Origin: Waddliaceae bacterium
GTDB lineage: Bacteria > Chlamydiota > Chlamydiia > Chlamydiales > Waddliaceae
Direction of reading: 5' to 3'
Length of the DNA: 64,000 bases
NCBI GenBank assembly: GCA_963724325.1
Contig: CAVRUH010000005.1
Coordinates: 1-64,000 of the forward strand
The position numbers were made by a program, and so were the translations under genes. This document shows, piece by piece, positions 22,253 through 32,308 of this stretch (position 1 is the stretch's first letter; every line of letters begins with the position of its first letter). Under the pieces are notes generated by a model. That model ran no database searches. It was not told the origin of the DNA and worked only from the letters and a program-made list of their open reading frames with translations.

Positions 22253-24052
22253 TTATTTTCTTTTTATGAGTTCTTTTCTTTCTTCACCATCAAGATTATT
22301 CAGTTTATACTGATCGGTCAATCCCTTTAATGAAGTGCTGACTTTACTCAATGCGCTAACGGCGTCTTCAATTTTCTTTAATTTTTCGACATGCTGCTGA
22401 GTGGCTTCATTAATATTGGACATAGCGATAGAAATTTGTTCTGTACCTATAGATTGTTGTTGGTTTGAAAGAACAATTTGATTTGCAGATTGGGTAACTT
22501 GCGTCATATTTCCAGTCAGATTTTTGATGGCTTTTGTCGTTTGATTAGACTGCTCTACCCCTTTTGCAACAGCCTTAGAACCTTGCTCAGTAGCCATGAC
22601 AGCAGAGTTCGTGGCGCCTTGAATTTCATTTAACAACGAACGCACCTGTACTGTAGCCCCCTTTGACTGCTCAGCAAGAGTTCGAATTTCTTGTGCTACT
22701 ACACTAAAACTTCTACCCTGTTCGCCCGCCTTTGCAGCTTCGATGGCAGCGTTGACAGCAAGTAGATTAGACTGTTCAGCAATTTCATTCACACTATTCA
22801 TGATTTCGGCGATAAGCAGGCTTTTTTCGCTCAATTTAAGGATGCTTTCTGAAATAATTTGCATCCTATCTCGTATTTGATTCATATCCTCTATAACCGA
22901 TTGGACAGACTTTGCGCTAGCATCCACAGTTTGAAGTGTTTCTTCTGCGCTTGCTAAAACTTCTTTGGCCTTTTCGCTAGAAACGTGAGCGGTTTGCTTA
23001 AGCTCCTCTAGTGTTGCTGTTGTTTCAGTAACAGCAGTTGCTGACTCAGCTGTTCCGGAGGAAAGCTGAGATAATGAGGCCATAATTTCATGCGAAGAAG
23101 ATGTAAGCACATTCACTTCGTTCTTGATTTCACCTATCATGGTACGCATTTGACTTGACATTTCATTTAAAGAAATTCCAAGAATGTCCCTATCTGATCT
23201 GGGAGAAGCCTTGTTTGAAAGGTCTCCTGAAGCATATTCAGCCAAGATGGAACTCATTTTTTCGGTGCTGACATTCATATTTGAGATTGATTTAAGCAAT
23301 TGACCTAGCTCACCCCCAGCCTCTAAATGAATATTCATTGAGGTATCTCCCTCAGCCATGCGATCGACATTTTGTACGACATATTTTAATGGTTGTACGA
23401 TGCTTCGGACAATTACATAGGAAAAAATTGTATAAATACTAAGGGATATTAGCAAACTGATAACCATTAGTAGTCCAAATTTTTGAGATTGATCCTTAGC
23501 TTCGATGAAGTCCTGATCGACATTATTCATGTGAAGCTGAATAATTTGCTGGAGAGTTTCTGCGATGGGTTCAAAAATTGGATAGACATCATTTTTTAGT
23601 ATTGAGGTGATTTGCTCTTTATCATTTTGCTGCAGAGCATCCTTTACCTTGCGGAAAAAATCATCACTATTTTTTAATAATTGATTGATCTGTTCTACTT
23701 TTGCATTTCGTTGATTTAACAAATTATTTGTAAGATAGGGATCCTTGCTTAAATAGTCATTCCATTCCTCTAGAGATTTTGTGCGTGTTTGTTGAATCAA
23801 ATTGAGGGCTTCTTCAGGTTTTAGTAATTCATTTCTCGCCTTTTCTAAATTGGAAATGATAACCCATCCTAAGTTATTTTTGATTCTAATAAGTTGCTCT
23901 AATTTGTTGACCCCTCCGAAATAAACTTCATCAACTTTATTATTTTGAAATTTGGTTCCAAGATAACCGAAACATCCCAATGCTAATAGCGTGGTCCACG
24001 TCACAATGATTAAAACTGTTAACCGCATACGAACCGATAACTTATTTAACAT
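22253..24052 (-). CDS. Methyl-accepting chemotaxis protein (WspA-like)
   Basis: Two TM segments, periplasmic helical sensor, HAMP, IAEQSNLLAVNAAIEAAKAGEQGRSFSVVAQEIRTLA. Confidence 0.95.
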   Translation of the reverse strand: MLNKLSVRMRLTVLIIVTWTTLLALGCFGYLGTKFQNNKVDEVYFGGVNKLEQLIRIKNNLGWVIISNLEKARNELLKPEEALNLIQQTRTKSLEEWNDYLSKDPYLTNNLLNQRNAKVEQINQLLKNSDDFFRKVKDALQQNDKEQITSILKNDVYPIFEPIAETLQQIIQLHMNNVDQDFIEAKDQSQKFGLLMVISLLISLSIYTIFSYVIVRSIVQPLKYVVQNVDRMAEGDTSMNIHLEAGGELGQLLKSISNMNVSTEKMSSILAEYASGDLSNKASPRSDRDILGISLNEMSSQMRTMIGEIKNEVNVLTSSSHEIMASLSQLSSGTAESATAVTETTATLEELKQTAHVSSEKAKEVLASAEETLQTVDASAKSVQSVIEDMNQIRDRMQIISESILKLSEKSLLIAEIMNSVNEIAEQSNLLAVNAAIEAAKAGEQGRSFSVVAQEIRTLAEQSKGATVQVRSLLNEIQGATNSAVMATEQGSKAVAKGVEQSNQTTKAIKNLTGNMTQVTQSANQIVLSNQQQSIGTEQISIAMSNINEATQQHVEKLKKIEDAVSALSKVSTSLKGLTDQYKLNNLDGEERKELIKRK

Positions 24053-24070
24053 AAAATTCTCCTACAAATT

Positions 24071-26275
24071 TCATAATAATTTCTGTGTAATACTGACTAA
24101 TGACTGCTGGGTAAATGAACTCTTATCCAGATAGGCATTGGCGCCAATTTCTATTCCTCGTGCTCTATCTTCTTTTGACCCGCGTCCTGTACAAATAATG
24201 ATCGGAAGATCCTTAAACGTGGCCATGCTTCGTATTTTTTCTGTTAAAGTAAAACCGTCCATACGAGGCATATCAACGTCTGTCAATAATAGATCTACGC
24301 TATTGCTAAGAAGGATTTCAAGTGCTTCAACACCGTCGACGGCAGTTTTTACCTCATAACCAGATTCTTCAAGAATATTTTTAATGAGCAATCGCGTAGT
24401 GATGGAATCCTCAGCCAGAAGAATATTCTTTTTGGCAGAAGAACCCTCGTGTACCTCAGAAGAATGTACTATTATAGTTTTACCTTTTGAAGCTGATCGA
24501 ATGAGATCAATTGGATTAAGTATTGGTATTACCTTTCCCCAATCCATTATTGTTGCTGCCATCACATATTTAACGCGTGTACATTGACTTCCTAGGCTTT
24601 TAAGCAGGACTTCATGCTCTTGATAAATGTAATTTACACCGAATGCAATCGTTTTTTCTTCAGCTTCCACAATTAGTGCGAAGAGGTTTTCTTTTGATTC
24701 AGTTTCTTTTTTTGCTATTCCAAGTAGATCTGAAAGCCTTAAAAAGGAAAAAGTATGATCATTAATAGTCAAGATCTCACAATTTTCAACGGATTTTATA
24801 TTGCCATCATTAATTTTAATCACGCGTTGAACATTGTGTGCGGGGATAATAAAGTCTTCACCTTCAACAGAAATATGGATTCCTCTAAATGTGGCCATAG
24901 TTAATGGAAGATTCAGCTTAAATGTTGTGCCCTTGTCTGGTACAGACTCGACATTCACATGACCGCCTAATTTATCAATTTTTTCCGTAACAACGCCTAA
25001 GCCAATTCCTCGGCCAGAAATTTCTGTGATTATTTGGCTTGTGGATAGTCCAGGTTGAAATGCCAATTTTATGGCATCTTCTTGAGATAAATTATCAGCT
25101 TCTTTTTGGGTAATCATTTGTTTTTGAACAGCAATTTTTTTTATCGTTTCTGTATCGATGCCTCTTCCGTCGTCGCTAATTGTAAGTTCGACGCTGCTCC
25201 CACGGCTCTCCCTGGTACTGATGACGATTTTACCAATGGAATCTTTATTTTTTTTCCTCCTTTCCTCAGGAGATTCAATGCCATGATCGATTGCATTTCG
25301 GATAATATGGATAACCGGATCTTTCATATCCTCCAATATTCTTCGGTCCACCTCAATGTCATCTCCATTGAACTCCAACTTAATTTCCTTATCTAGTTCT
25401 CTGGAAATATCCCTCACCATTCTAGGTAAAACTTCATACAGAGTGGATACGGGCTGCATTAGTATTTTCTTCACATCTTCAAGTAGAGTATCTACCATAG
25501 AACCAACAAAATGGGCGTTTTGCTCCGAAGCTTTCATGATTTTATTCAATCCTGCACCTAACAATTTAATGCTATCAGGATATTTATCCAGGAACGATTT
25601 CATCTTTTTTAAGAGTTCCTGTTCTTTTAGATGATCTTCACGTAATAACTGGCATTCTGAGGTAAATTTTGTCAGTTCTTTTTCTATTTTTGAAAATTTA
25701 CCAAGTAGATTTTTTATTTCACTGGATTCCTGTTGTGCTGTCAATTTGATCATTAATAACTCTTCAACTTCTTGAAATAATGCATCCAATTTAGACAATG
25801 AAATTCGAATAGTTTTTTCTGAAGGCTCTTGCCGCAGTTCTGCAGGTTTTAAAGCTTTTTTTGCTACTGGTTGTGCATCTAAAACTTTTGAGGGCGAACT
25901 AAGTAATGATATGATTTTCGAAATTTTGTCAGGATTAGATTCACCTGCTAGTTCAGACACAATAAGATCTACAGTTGCATGCAATGTATCGAATAACTCA
26001 GGGGTTAACGTGAGAGAGTTATGTCTTAATTGAGACAAGACATTTTCAAGTGCTTGACAAACCTCTTGAATCGTTTCATGATTTACCGAGCGCGATGCCC
26101 CTTTGAGGCTGTGAGCTTCGCGAAATATTTTTTCGATAATCTCTTGGTGACTTTCAGGTGATAAATTATCTTCAAGTTTGAGAAGTCCCTCAGAAATAAT
26201 TTTGAGATGTTCTTCAGCTTCTATGCGAAATATCGCACGCAATTTTTTTAGAAATTCTTCATCATGAGAATTCAT
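24071..26275 (-). CDS. cheA: Hybrid CheA-receiver kinase (WspE-like)
   Basis: HPt FREAHSLKG, HIIRNAIDHGIE, SGRGIGL, CheW domain, C-terminal REC. Confidence 0.95.
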   Translation of the reverse strand: MNSHDEEFLKKLRAIFRIEAEEHLKIISEGLLKLEDNLSPESHQEIIEKIFREAHSLKGASRSVNHETIQEVCQALENVLSQLRHNSLTLTPELFDTLHATVDLIVSELAGESNPDKISKIISLLSSPSKVLDAQPVAKKALKPAELRQEPSEKTIRISLSKLDALFQEVEELLMIKLTAQQESSEIKNLLGKFSKIEKELTKFTSECQLLREDHLKEQELLKKMKSFLDKYPDSIKLLGAGLNKIMKASEQNAHFVGSMVDTLLEDVKKILMQPVSTLYEVLPRMVRDISRELDKEIKLEFNGDDIEVDRRILEDMKDPVIHIIRNAIDHGIESPEERRKKNKDSIGKIVISTRESRGSSVELTISDDGRGIDTETIKKIAVQKQMITQKEADNLSQEDAIKLAFQPGLSTSQIITEISGRGIGLGVVTEKIDKLGGHVNVESVPDKGTTFKLNLPLTMATFRGIHISVEGEDFIIPAHNVQRVIKINDGNIKSVENCEILTINDHTFSFLRLSDLLGIAKKETESKENLFALIVEAEEKTIAFGVNYIYQEHEVLLKSLGSQCTRVKYVMAATIMDWGKVIPILNPIDLIRSASKGKTIIVHSSEVHEGSSAKKNILLAEDSITTRLLIKNILEESGYEVKTAVDGVEALEILLSNSVDLLLTDVDMPRMDGFTLTEKIRSMATFKDLPIIICTGRGSKEDRARGIEIGANAYLDKSSFTQQSLVSITQKLL

Positions 26276-26787
26276 ATTGCCACCGTTTCATCAACAACTA
26301 TTTGTTTACATAAAAGTAGTTTTTTTCCATCTAGAAGGACAATTCCATCTGGTGTCACACCTTTTAAAAATTCTTGTTTGATTCCTGTCAAAGTAGGCAA
26401 TGAAGTTTGCAATTTATTGATAGGAATTTGCATAATTCCTTCAAATCCATTACTTAGAATCCCAAATTCCTTTTCAATATATTGAAGAATAATGATTTTA
26501 CCATCATCATGGGACCCTTCAGGCAATGAAAATAAGACTTTTAGATCTATCACAGTCAATATTTTTCTTCGCACATTAATCATTCCAAAAACAAACTGCG
26601 GAGCACATGGAATGGGTGTATAGTCCTTCAAAGGATAAACCTCTCGTACATATTTTGTTTCGATAGCATATCTCTCATGAGCAAGTCTAAACACCAAGAC
26701 TTCAAAATTATCAGCTTCTGCAACCTCATGCTCTTTAGGTTTTGCAAGTTGTTTTGCTCGGTTTTTTAAGATTTCTTCTGTTTTCAT
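26272..26787 (-). CDS. cheW: CheW adaptor
   Basis: YAIETKYVREV, TPIPCAPQFVFGMINVR. Confidence 0.9.
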   Translation of the reverse strand: MKTEEILKNRAKQLAKPKEHEVAEADNFEVLVFRLAHERYAIETKYVREVYPLKDYTPIPCAPQFVFGMINVRRKILTVIDLKVLFSLPEGSHDDGKIIILQYIEKEFGILSNGFEGIMQIPINKLQTSLPTLTGIKQEFLKGVTPDGIVLLDGKKLLLCKQIVVDETVAI

Positions 26788-28304
26788 TGATACCTCTTAA
26801 GTGCATTCTCAATAAGATCCCTTACCTTTGAAACCGTAAGCTCTTCTGCTCCTAATAATTCCTCATCAGGTTCAAAATCCTGTATCAATTCTAAAACTGT
26901 TCTGAAATTTCTGGCCGCTTCCTTATAGTTCTTCTCTTGTAGTTCAACTGTTCCTAGCATGTAATACGCTGCAACATAATTTGGTTCTAAAAATAAAGCT
27001 TTCTTAAACGATTTGATGGAATCATTAAGATCCCCTTGGGCTAAATGTATCGTAGCATGCATGTAATGGAGATTTATATTTAATTGATCTTCTTTTAATG
27101 CCTCATTGCATAATGCTAGGCCATCTGAAAGATTTCCCAAATTTGCATATGTACGAATAAGCATCAAAACCCTTTCGCTATTGTCCTTAAAAAATTCAGG
27201 ATCATTTTGTAAGGGTTTTAATATTGAAACAATCTCTCGGTATTTTTTTCTCTGATAGAGTTCGTTGAAATCAATATTTACTTCCTGTTGCAAAATTTCT
27301 TCTTTGAGATTTTCAGGATAAATATGAAAATCCATAACAGGTTGTTCTAACTTGATAAAGTCAGGAAATACAACTTTAAATAGAGCTATGTTTTCGTTGA
27401 TTGGGATTTTTGGCTCATGTTTAATAGGTTTAGACGGGATGATTCTTTCGTTTTGATTAAATTCAGTCTTTTTAAAGAAAACAGCGCCCTCAAAATTTTT
27501 CGTTGATAAGTGAGGATCTTTTACAAATGGCGTCTCAGTTGCCGATATACTAAGCCATCCATCACTAATAAGTCCTGAAGTCAATTTGTGGATGGTATTT
27601 TCAATTTGTCTTGGAGAAAAATATATCAGAACATTATGGCAAAGAATAAGATCCATGTTCTTATAACTGTCTGAAAAGCTGTCATCTATAAGATTGAAAT
27701 AAGATATTTTCACCATTTGTTTTATCTTAGGGAGCAAACTAAAGAGGCCATCCTTATGTTCTGTAAAGTACTTGGCTTGTACCTCGTGCGGAGTAGCTCG
27801 AAAGGACCATTGCCTGTAATTTCCCAATTGTGCTTTTCGTAAGAATTCTTTGTTTATATCCGAGCCAATAATTGAAATATCCCATTTGTTCAAATTTGGA
27901 ATAAGACGATGTAACATGATTGCTATCGAATAAACCTCCTCACCTGTGCAGCAACCAGCAGACCATATCCGTATCTTTCTATCACTGTCATGACGGCTAA
28001 TAATTTCCGGAAGAATATCTTTTTCTAAGGTCTCCATTCGAGGGCTATCACGAAAAAAGTAGGTTTCACCAATCGTTAAATGGTAGGCTAGAATTGCAAT
28101 CAAATCTTCATTTAAAGGACCATTCATCAATGAAAGAATACAATCCATTAAATTGTTGTATCCCATTTGTTTAGATGCAGGTATCATTTTTTTTTCGAGA
28201 TCACCCCAGCGTTCTTTAGTATATTGAAGTCCCAATCTCTCCTCAAGGTATGAAGAAAATTTTTTCCTTAGATCATCAGATATTTTATTTTTTAATATTG
28301 TCAT
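26784..28304 (-). CDS. cheR: CheR methyltransferase with C-terminal TPRs (WspC-like)
   Basis: TIGETYFFRD, IWSAGCCTGEEVYS, CHNVLIYF, TPR tail. Confidence 0.93.
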   Translation of the reverse strand: MTILKNKISDDLRKKFSSYLEERLGLQYTKERWGDLEKKMIPASKQMGYNNLMDCILSLMNGPLNEDLIAILAYHLTIGETYFFRDSPRMETLEKDILPEIISRHDSDRKIRIWSAGCCTGEEVYSIAIMLHRLIPNLNKWDISIIGSDINKEFLRKAQLGNYRQWSFRATPHEVQAKYFTEHKDGLFSLLPKIKQMVKISYFNLIDDSFSDSYKNMDLILCHNVLIYFSPRQIENTIHKLTSGLISDGWLSISATETPFVKDPHLSTKNFEGAVFFKKTEFNQNERIIPSKPIKHEPKIPINENIALFKVVFPDFIKLEQPVMDFHIYPENLKEEILQQEVNIDFNELYQRKKYREIVSILKPLQNDPEFFKDNSERVLMLIRTYANLGNLSDGLALCNEALKEDQLNINLHYMHATIHLAQGDLNDSIKSFKKALFLEPNYVAAYYMLGTVELQEKNYKEAARNFRTVLELIQDFEPDEELLGAEELTVSKVRDLIENALKRYQ

Positions 28305-28310
28305 ATCAGA

Positions 28311-28706
28311 TTAATTGGTTAATATTAAATGTTCAGGAATTAATTTTTCTAAATCACACAAGAATGTAATTTCTTCATTTAGAATACATTGAATAGATGA
28401 AGAGTCTGCGGTGAAATTCTCACATATTTCGACTCTTTCTACATGATCGACAAGCAGGGCAATTCTTTGGTGTTGTAATTTACATAGTATCATCCGATCT
28501 GTCGTAGCAAGTTCTTTCGAGGGGATGCCTAAAAGTTTGCGAATATTGACTACGGGAATAATTTTTCCATGAACATTAATTACACCTAATACATATTCAG
28601 GATTATTTGGGATAGATGAGCATTCCACGGCTAATATACTACGTTCTACAACATTGAGATTCAGGGCAAATTTTCGATCTTCAATAGTAAAAATGAGTAT
28701 TTGCAT
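28311..28706 (-). CDS. cheW: Second CheW adaptor
   Basis: IPNNPEYVLGVINVHGKIIPVVNIRKLLG, IALLVDHV. Confidence 0.85.
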   Translation of the reverse strand: MQILIFTIEDRKFALNLNVVERSILAVECSSIPNNPEYVLGVINVHGKIIPVVNIRKLLGIPSKELATTDRMILCKLQHQRIALLVDHVERVEICENFTADSSSIQCILNEEITFLCDLEKLIPEHLILTN

Positions 28707-28818
28707 AATATATGCCTCCCCTTTAATTTATATATTTATATTTTTAATTAAACACAAGTTATATAGGTGCAATAAAGTCCTCAGTCTCGTATAATGTATT
28801 CAAAAAAGGTGCTTTAAA

Positions 28819-29925
28819 TTGAAAGATCCATTACCCCGTATTTTTGATGAAAAATTGTTGATTTTGGCCGCTTTTGCCGGAGGAACCAAGATCCGTCCGA
28901 TTGCAGTCAATGGTGCTCTCCTCTATCAAATAACCGAACAAATCAAAGACAAAGCCATCCATAAGAACCTTACCCAGACCGAATGTCTTAATTTGATTTT
29001 AGGTAAATTAGTTCCCATGCACAAAAAAGCCATATTCTTTACATCGGAAGGAGATTACCACCTTTTTGCAAATAAAAGAGGGGAAATAACCATAAAATCA
29101 AAACCCCCTACCAAAAAAATGCTGAATATCTCCCATAACCGAGAAAAGAAATACATTCTCAAAGAGGGTGAACCACTGCCATTTTTAATCGAACTTGGCC
29201 TCATGAACTCCCAAGGGAAAGTGCTCAAGGAAAAAATGGCAAAGTTTAGGCAGATTAATCGATTCCTAGAAATGGTCGACGATTCTCTTCCAGATTGCTC
29301 TGAAACAATTCGAGTCATCGATTTCGGCTGTGGGAAAGCCTATCTTACTTTTGCCCTTTACCACTATCTCACGGCAGTTAAAGGCTTGGTTGTTCACATG
29401 AAAGGTTTGGATCTAAAAGAGGATGTAATTGCTTTTTGCACCAAACTGGCTCGCAAATTAGGATATGTCGACCTCAATTTTTCTGTCGGAAATATTGCAG
29501 ATTATACTCCACAGGAATCCGTAGATATGGTCGTTGCCTTGCATGCTTGTGATACAGCAACAGATGCAGCCCTTGCACAAGCTGTTCGTTGGAAGGCAAA
29601 GACAATTCTAGCTGCACCATGCTGCCAGCATGAACTTTTTAAGCAGATTACCTCTAATCCACTTGCAGCCATTTTGCAATATGGTATTCTTAAAGAACGA
29701 TTCGCTTCCCTGACTACAGATGCCGCCAGAGCTCAAATTCTCGAAATGCATGGCTATTCAACCCAAATTCTCGAATTCATTGAACCCGAAGAAACTCCAA
29801 AAAACCTTCTCATAAGAGCCACCCTCGGCAACTCCCAAGCCAATCGTGACCGCGCCAAGCTACTCTATTCCGCCCTAAAAGAGTCCTTGGAAATCAACCC
29901 AATGTTAGAGTCGCTATTATTGTGA
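28819..29925 (+). CDS. SAM-dependent methyltransferase (Methyltransf_32-like)
   Basis: KFRQINRFLE, IDFGCGKAYLTF, ALHACDTATD, APCCQHE, TPKNLLI. Confidence 0.88.
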   Translation: MKDPLPRIFDEKLLILAAFAGGTKIRPIAVNGALLYQITEQIKDKAIHKNLTQTECLNLILGKLVPMHKKAIFFTSEGDYHLFANKRGEITIKSKPPTKKMLNISHNREKKYILKEGEPLPFLIELGLMNSQGKVLKEKMAKFRQINRFLEMVDDSLPDCSETIRVIDFGCGKAYLTFALYHYLTAVKGLVVHMKGLDLKEDVIAFCTKLARKLGYVDLNFSVGNIADYTPQESVDMVVALHACDTATDAALAQAVRWKAKTILAAPCCQHELFKQITSNPLAAILQYGILKERFASLTTDAARAQILEMHGYSTQILEFIEPEETPKNLLIRATLGNSQANRDRAKLLYSALKESLEINPMLESLLL

Positions 29926-30001
29926 TTTTTAAATGTTTGACAAAATTATGCCCTTTAGGTAGCATCTCAAAGCAATAAAATCTTCAACCTCGGAGGTATT
30001 C

Positions 30002-31309
30002 ATGTTCTGTTCCAGACCTGCCTATTTTACTCACTTTTATAATCTTAGTAGATTGAAATTAGAAAAGGGATTGACCAAAAAGGAACTCAGTTGCTTAGAC
30101 ATCAATAACGTATCCAGAACTCACGAAGAAGAATTGGCAAAGTTGATTTTAACATCAAAAGTCAGAATGAGTTCTGTAGAATTTTTCAGAGCTTGTAATG
30201 TTGTTGTATCAAACCATAGTGGTTCGGATAAAATGGTTCAACGCGTAAATTTAATATCTCATCTTATCCGCGTTCCAGATATCACCGACGAGATTTGTCA
30301 GGATCAAGAGGTTAAAGATGTTCTGAAGCGAGTAATCGAAGGAGGGAATTACCACCTATTCAATCCAGTAAACAAGCGAGAATTAAAAGAAAAATTAATA
30401 AAAGAACTAGGTAAAAAAGATGCCTCCTTGCTGACTAAAAAGGTTAATGCTTATTTTAAGGATGGATTTTATGGACTCGAAAACTTAGGATTAGCACGCG
30501 AAATCAAATGGCGCGAAAGAAAGGAGCGATTTCTAGAAAAAAAATTGAGTGCAGTCTGTCCATTCTATTTTCTAAAACTCTATCGCGAAGACTTAGCCTT
30601 TATGGAAAATCAAGTCTTTGCAAAGTATGTTCGCGAAACTTTTAACTTGTTAGCGAAACACAATTCATTAGGACTATTATTCCAAACAACCGAAGAGATT
30701 TATCCAGGACAAATGTGTGAAGTGCACCCGCTCTTAAGGAATATCAGAACCCGTTTTGAGAATAAAACCTATAGAACTTTTGAGAGTATTGTTCCCTATC
30801 TTAAGGCCTTAGCAAACCGGAATTTAGGGACACTTAAAGAATATTATTATAAATCAAAAATCGACGGCCTTCAACAAGGAATCGTATTTTATGATAATGA
30901 AATCAAACGCAATGAAATTGAGTCTATGAAGGGTAAAGAAATAGCCAGCATGGTGTCCCATGACATAAGACATGGAGATTTTAAATTTGTGAATGATAAT
31001 AATAGACGCAATATTCTCCGGAAAGCATATGAAACTATGGAGAAGTTTAAAGCTTGGAAAATGTTTAACGAAGGTTTTCGTAATGGCAAAGATTATTTGA
31101 CTTGTGTAGATCCCATATATAAAATTGTGACAGATGAACTCGACGAAAGAGGTCTGACTAGTAGTGAAATTGGGTATGTTATGTGGAGAATGAGGGACGT
31201 TCATGAAAATGGCTGGAATAAGTTTGTCCTGAAGTTTATTGAAAGTGAACACAACAAGCAAGGTGTTGTTTCCCAAATGCAAATTCAATACAAGCGCCTT
31301 TTGGGATGA
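30002..31309 (+). CDS. Hypothetical protein (possible effector)
   Basis: 435-aa ORF with GGAGG RBS; no recognised full-length family. Confidence 0.75.
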   Translation: MFCSRPAYFTHFYNLSRLKLEKGLTKKELSCLDINNVSRTHEEELAKLILTSKVRMSSVEFFRACNVVVSNHSGSDKMVQRVNLISHLIRVPDITDEICQDQEVKDVLKRVIEGGNYHLFNPVNKRELKEKLIKELGKKDASLLTKKVNAYFKDGFYGLENLGLAREIKWRERKERFLEKKLSAVCPFYFLKLYREDLAFMENQVFAKYVRETFNLLAKHNSLGLLFQTTEEIYPGQMCEVHPLLRNIRTRFENKTYRTFESIVPYLKALANRNLGTLKEYYYKSKIDGLQQGIVFYDNEIKRNEIESMKGKEIASMVSHDIRHGDFKFVNDNNRRNILRKAYETMEKFKAWKMFNEGFRNGKDYLTCVDPIYKIVTDELDERGLTSSEIGYVMWRMRDVHENGWNKFVLKFIESEHNKQGVVSQMQIQYKRLLG

Positions 31310-31312
31310 GAT

Positions 31313-31366
31313 GTGGTCGGCTGTCTCCGACAGCAGACTTCCGGCTTTCTTTGAGAGCCGGACCAC
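31313..31366. repeat. Single diverged REP doublet, family 1, between convergent genes
   Basis: gtggtcggctgtctccgacagcagacttccggctttctttgagagccggaccac. Confidence 0.85.
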
Positions 31367-31957
31367 TTATCCCTGTGGCTTTAGATGTTGCCATAGATCG
31401 ATATCGAAGTGTAGGAATAGTTCATAGACGGTATTGATCGGGAGGCCAACGACGTTGTAGTAACAACCTTCAAATGAATGAATTAATAGGCCTCCAGCTT
31501 GCTGAATACCATAACCTCCAGCTTTGTCTGCCCAGGATTGAGTTTTGATGTAATGTTCAATTTGGGAATCTGTAAGCTTGTTAAATAATACTTTTGTTTC
31601 CTCAGCTTTAGAAAATTCTTGCATCCCTTTCTTAAGGGTCACTGCCGTATATACAGAATGCCATTTTCCGGAAAGAGCCGATAACGTTGCAAAAGCATCT
31701 TTTGGATCTTTAGGCTTTGCATAGCTCTTGCCGTCCAAATAGACAATGGTGTCTGCCGTTAAAATCAATGTTTCTGGGAACCTGTGAGCAAGTGAGTCAG
31801 CTTTCCCTTTAGACAAATGACAAGCAAAAGCTGCAGGATCCCCTGAAAAGGCGATTGCATCTTCATCAAAATCGGGACTAACCCTTTCAAAAGGGAGATC
31901 GAAGTAACTTAAAATTTCCCTTCGTCGCGGAGACTGTGATCCTAATATGTAACGCAT
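31367..31957 (-). CDS. maf: Maf nucleoside triphosphate pyrophosphatase
   Basis: ILGSQSPRRREIL, ADTIV, DKAGGYGIQ, NVVGLP. Confidence 0.96.
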   Translation of the reverse strand: MRYILGSQSPRRREILSYFDLPFERVSPDFDEDAIAFSGDPAAFACHLSKGKADSLAHRFPETLILTADTIVYLDGKSYAKPKDPKDAFATLSALSGKWHSVYTAVTLKKGMQEFSKAEETKVLFNKLTDSQIEHYIKTQSWADKAGGYGIQQAGGLLIHSFEGCYYNVVGLPINTVYELFLHFDIDLWQHLKPQG

Positions 31958-32308
31958 GGTAATAATGGTATCAGTTTTGCAATTTTGGATTCAAGTGCTC
32001 TAATAAAGAACACTTTGCGGCCTGCTGTCTCTGACATTGTGGCCTGCTGTCTCCGACAGCAGACGTCCGGCTCTCGGAGAGAGCCGGCCACAAGTGGCCT
32101 GCTGTCTCCGACAGCAGACGTCCGGCTCTCGGAGAGAGCCGGCCCAAGTGGCCTGCTGTCTCCGACAGCAGACGTCCGGCTCTCGGAGAGAGCCGGCCAC
32201 AAGTGGCCTGCTGTCTCCGACAGCAGACGTCCGGCTCTCGGAGAGAGCCGGCCACAAGTGGTCTGCTGTCTCCGACAGCAGACGTCCGGCTCTCGGAGAG
32301 AGCCGGCC

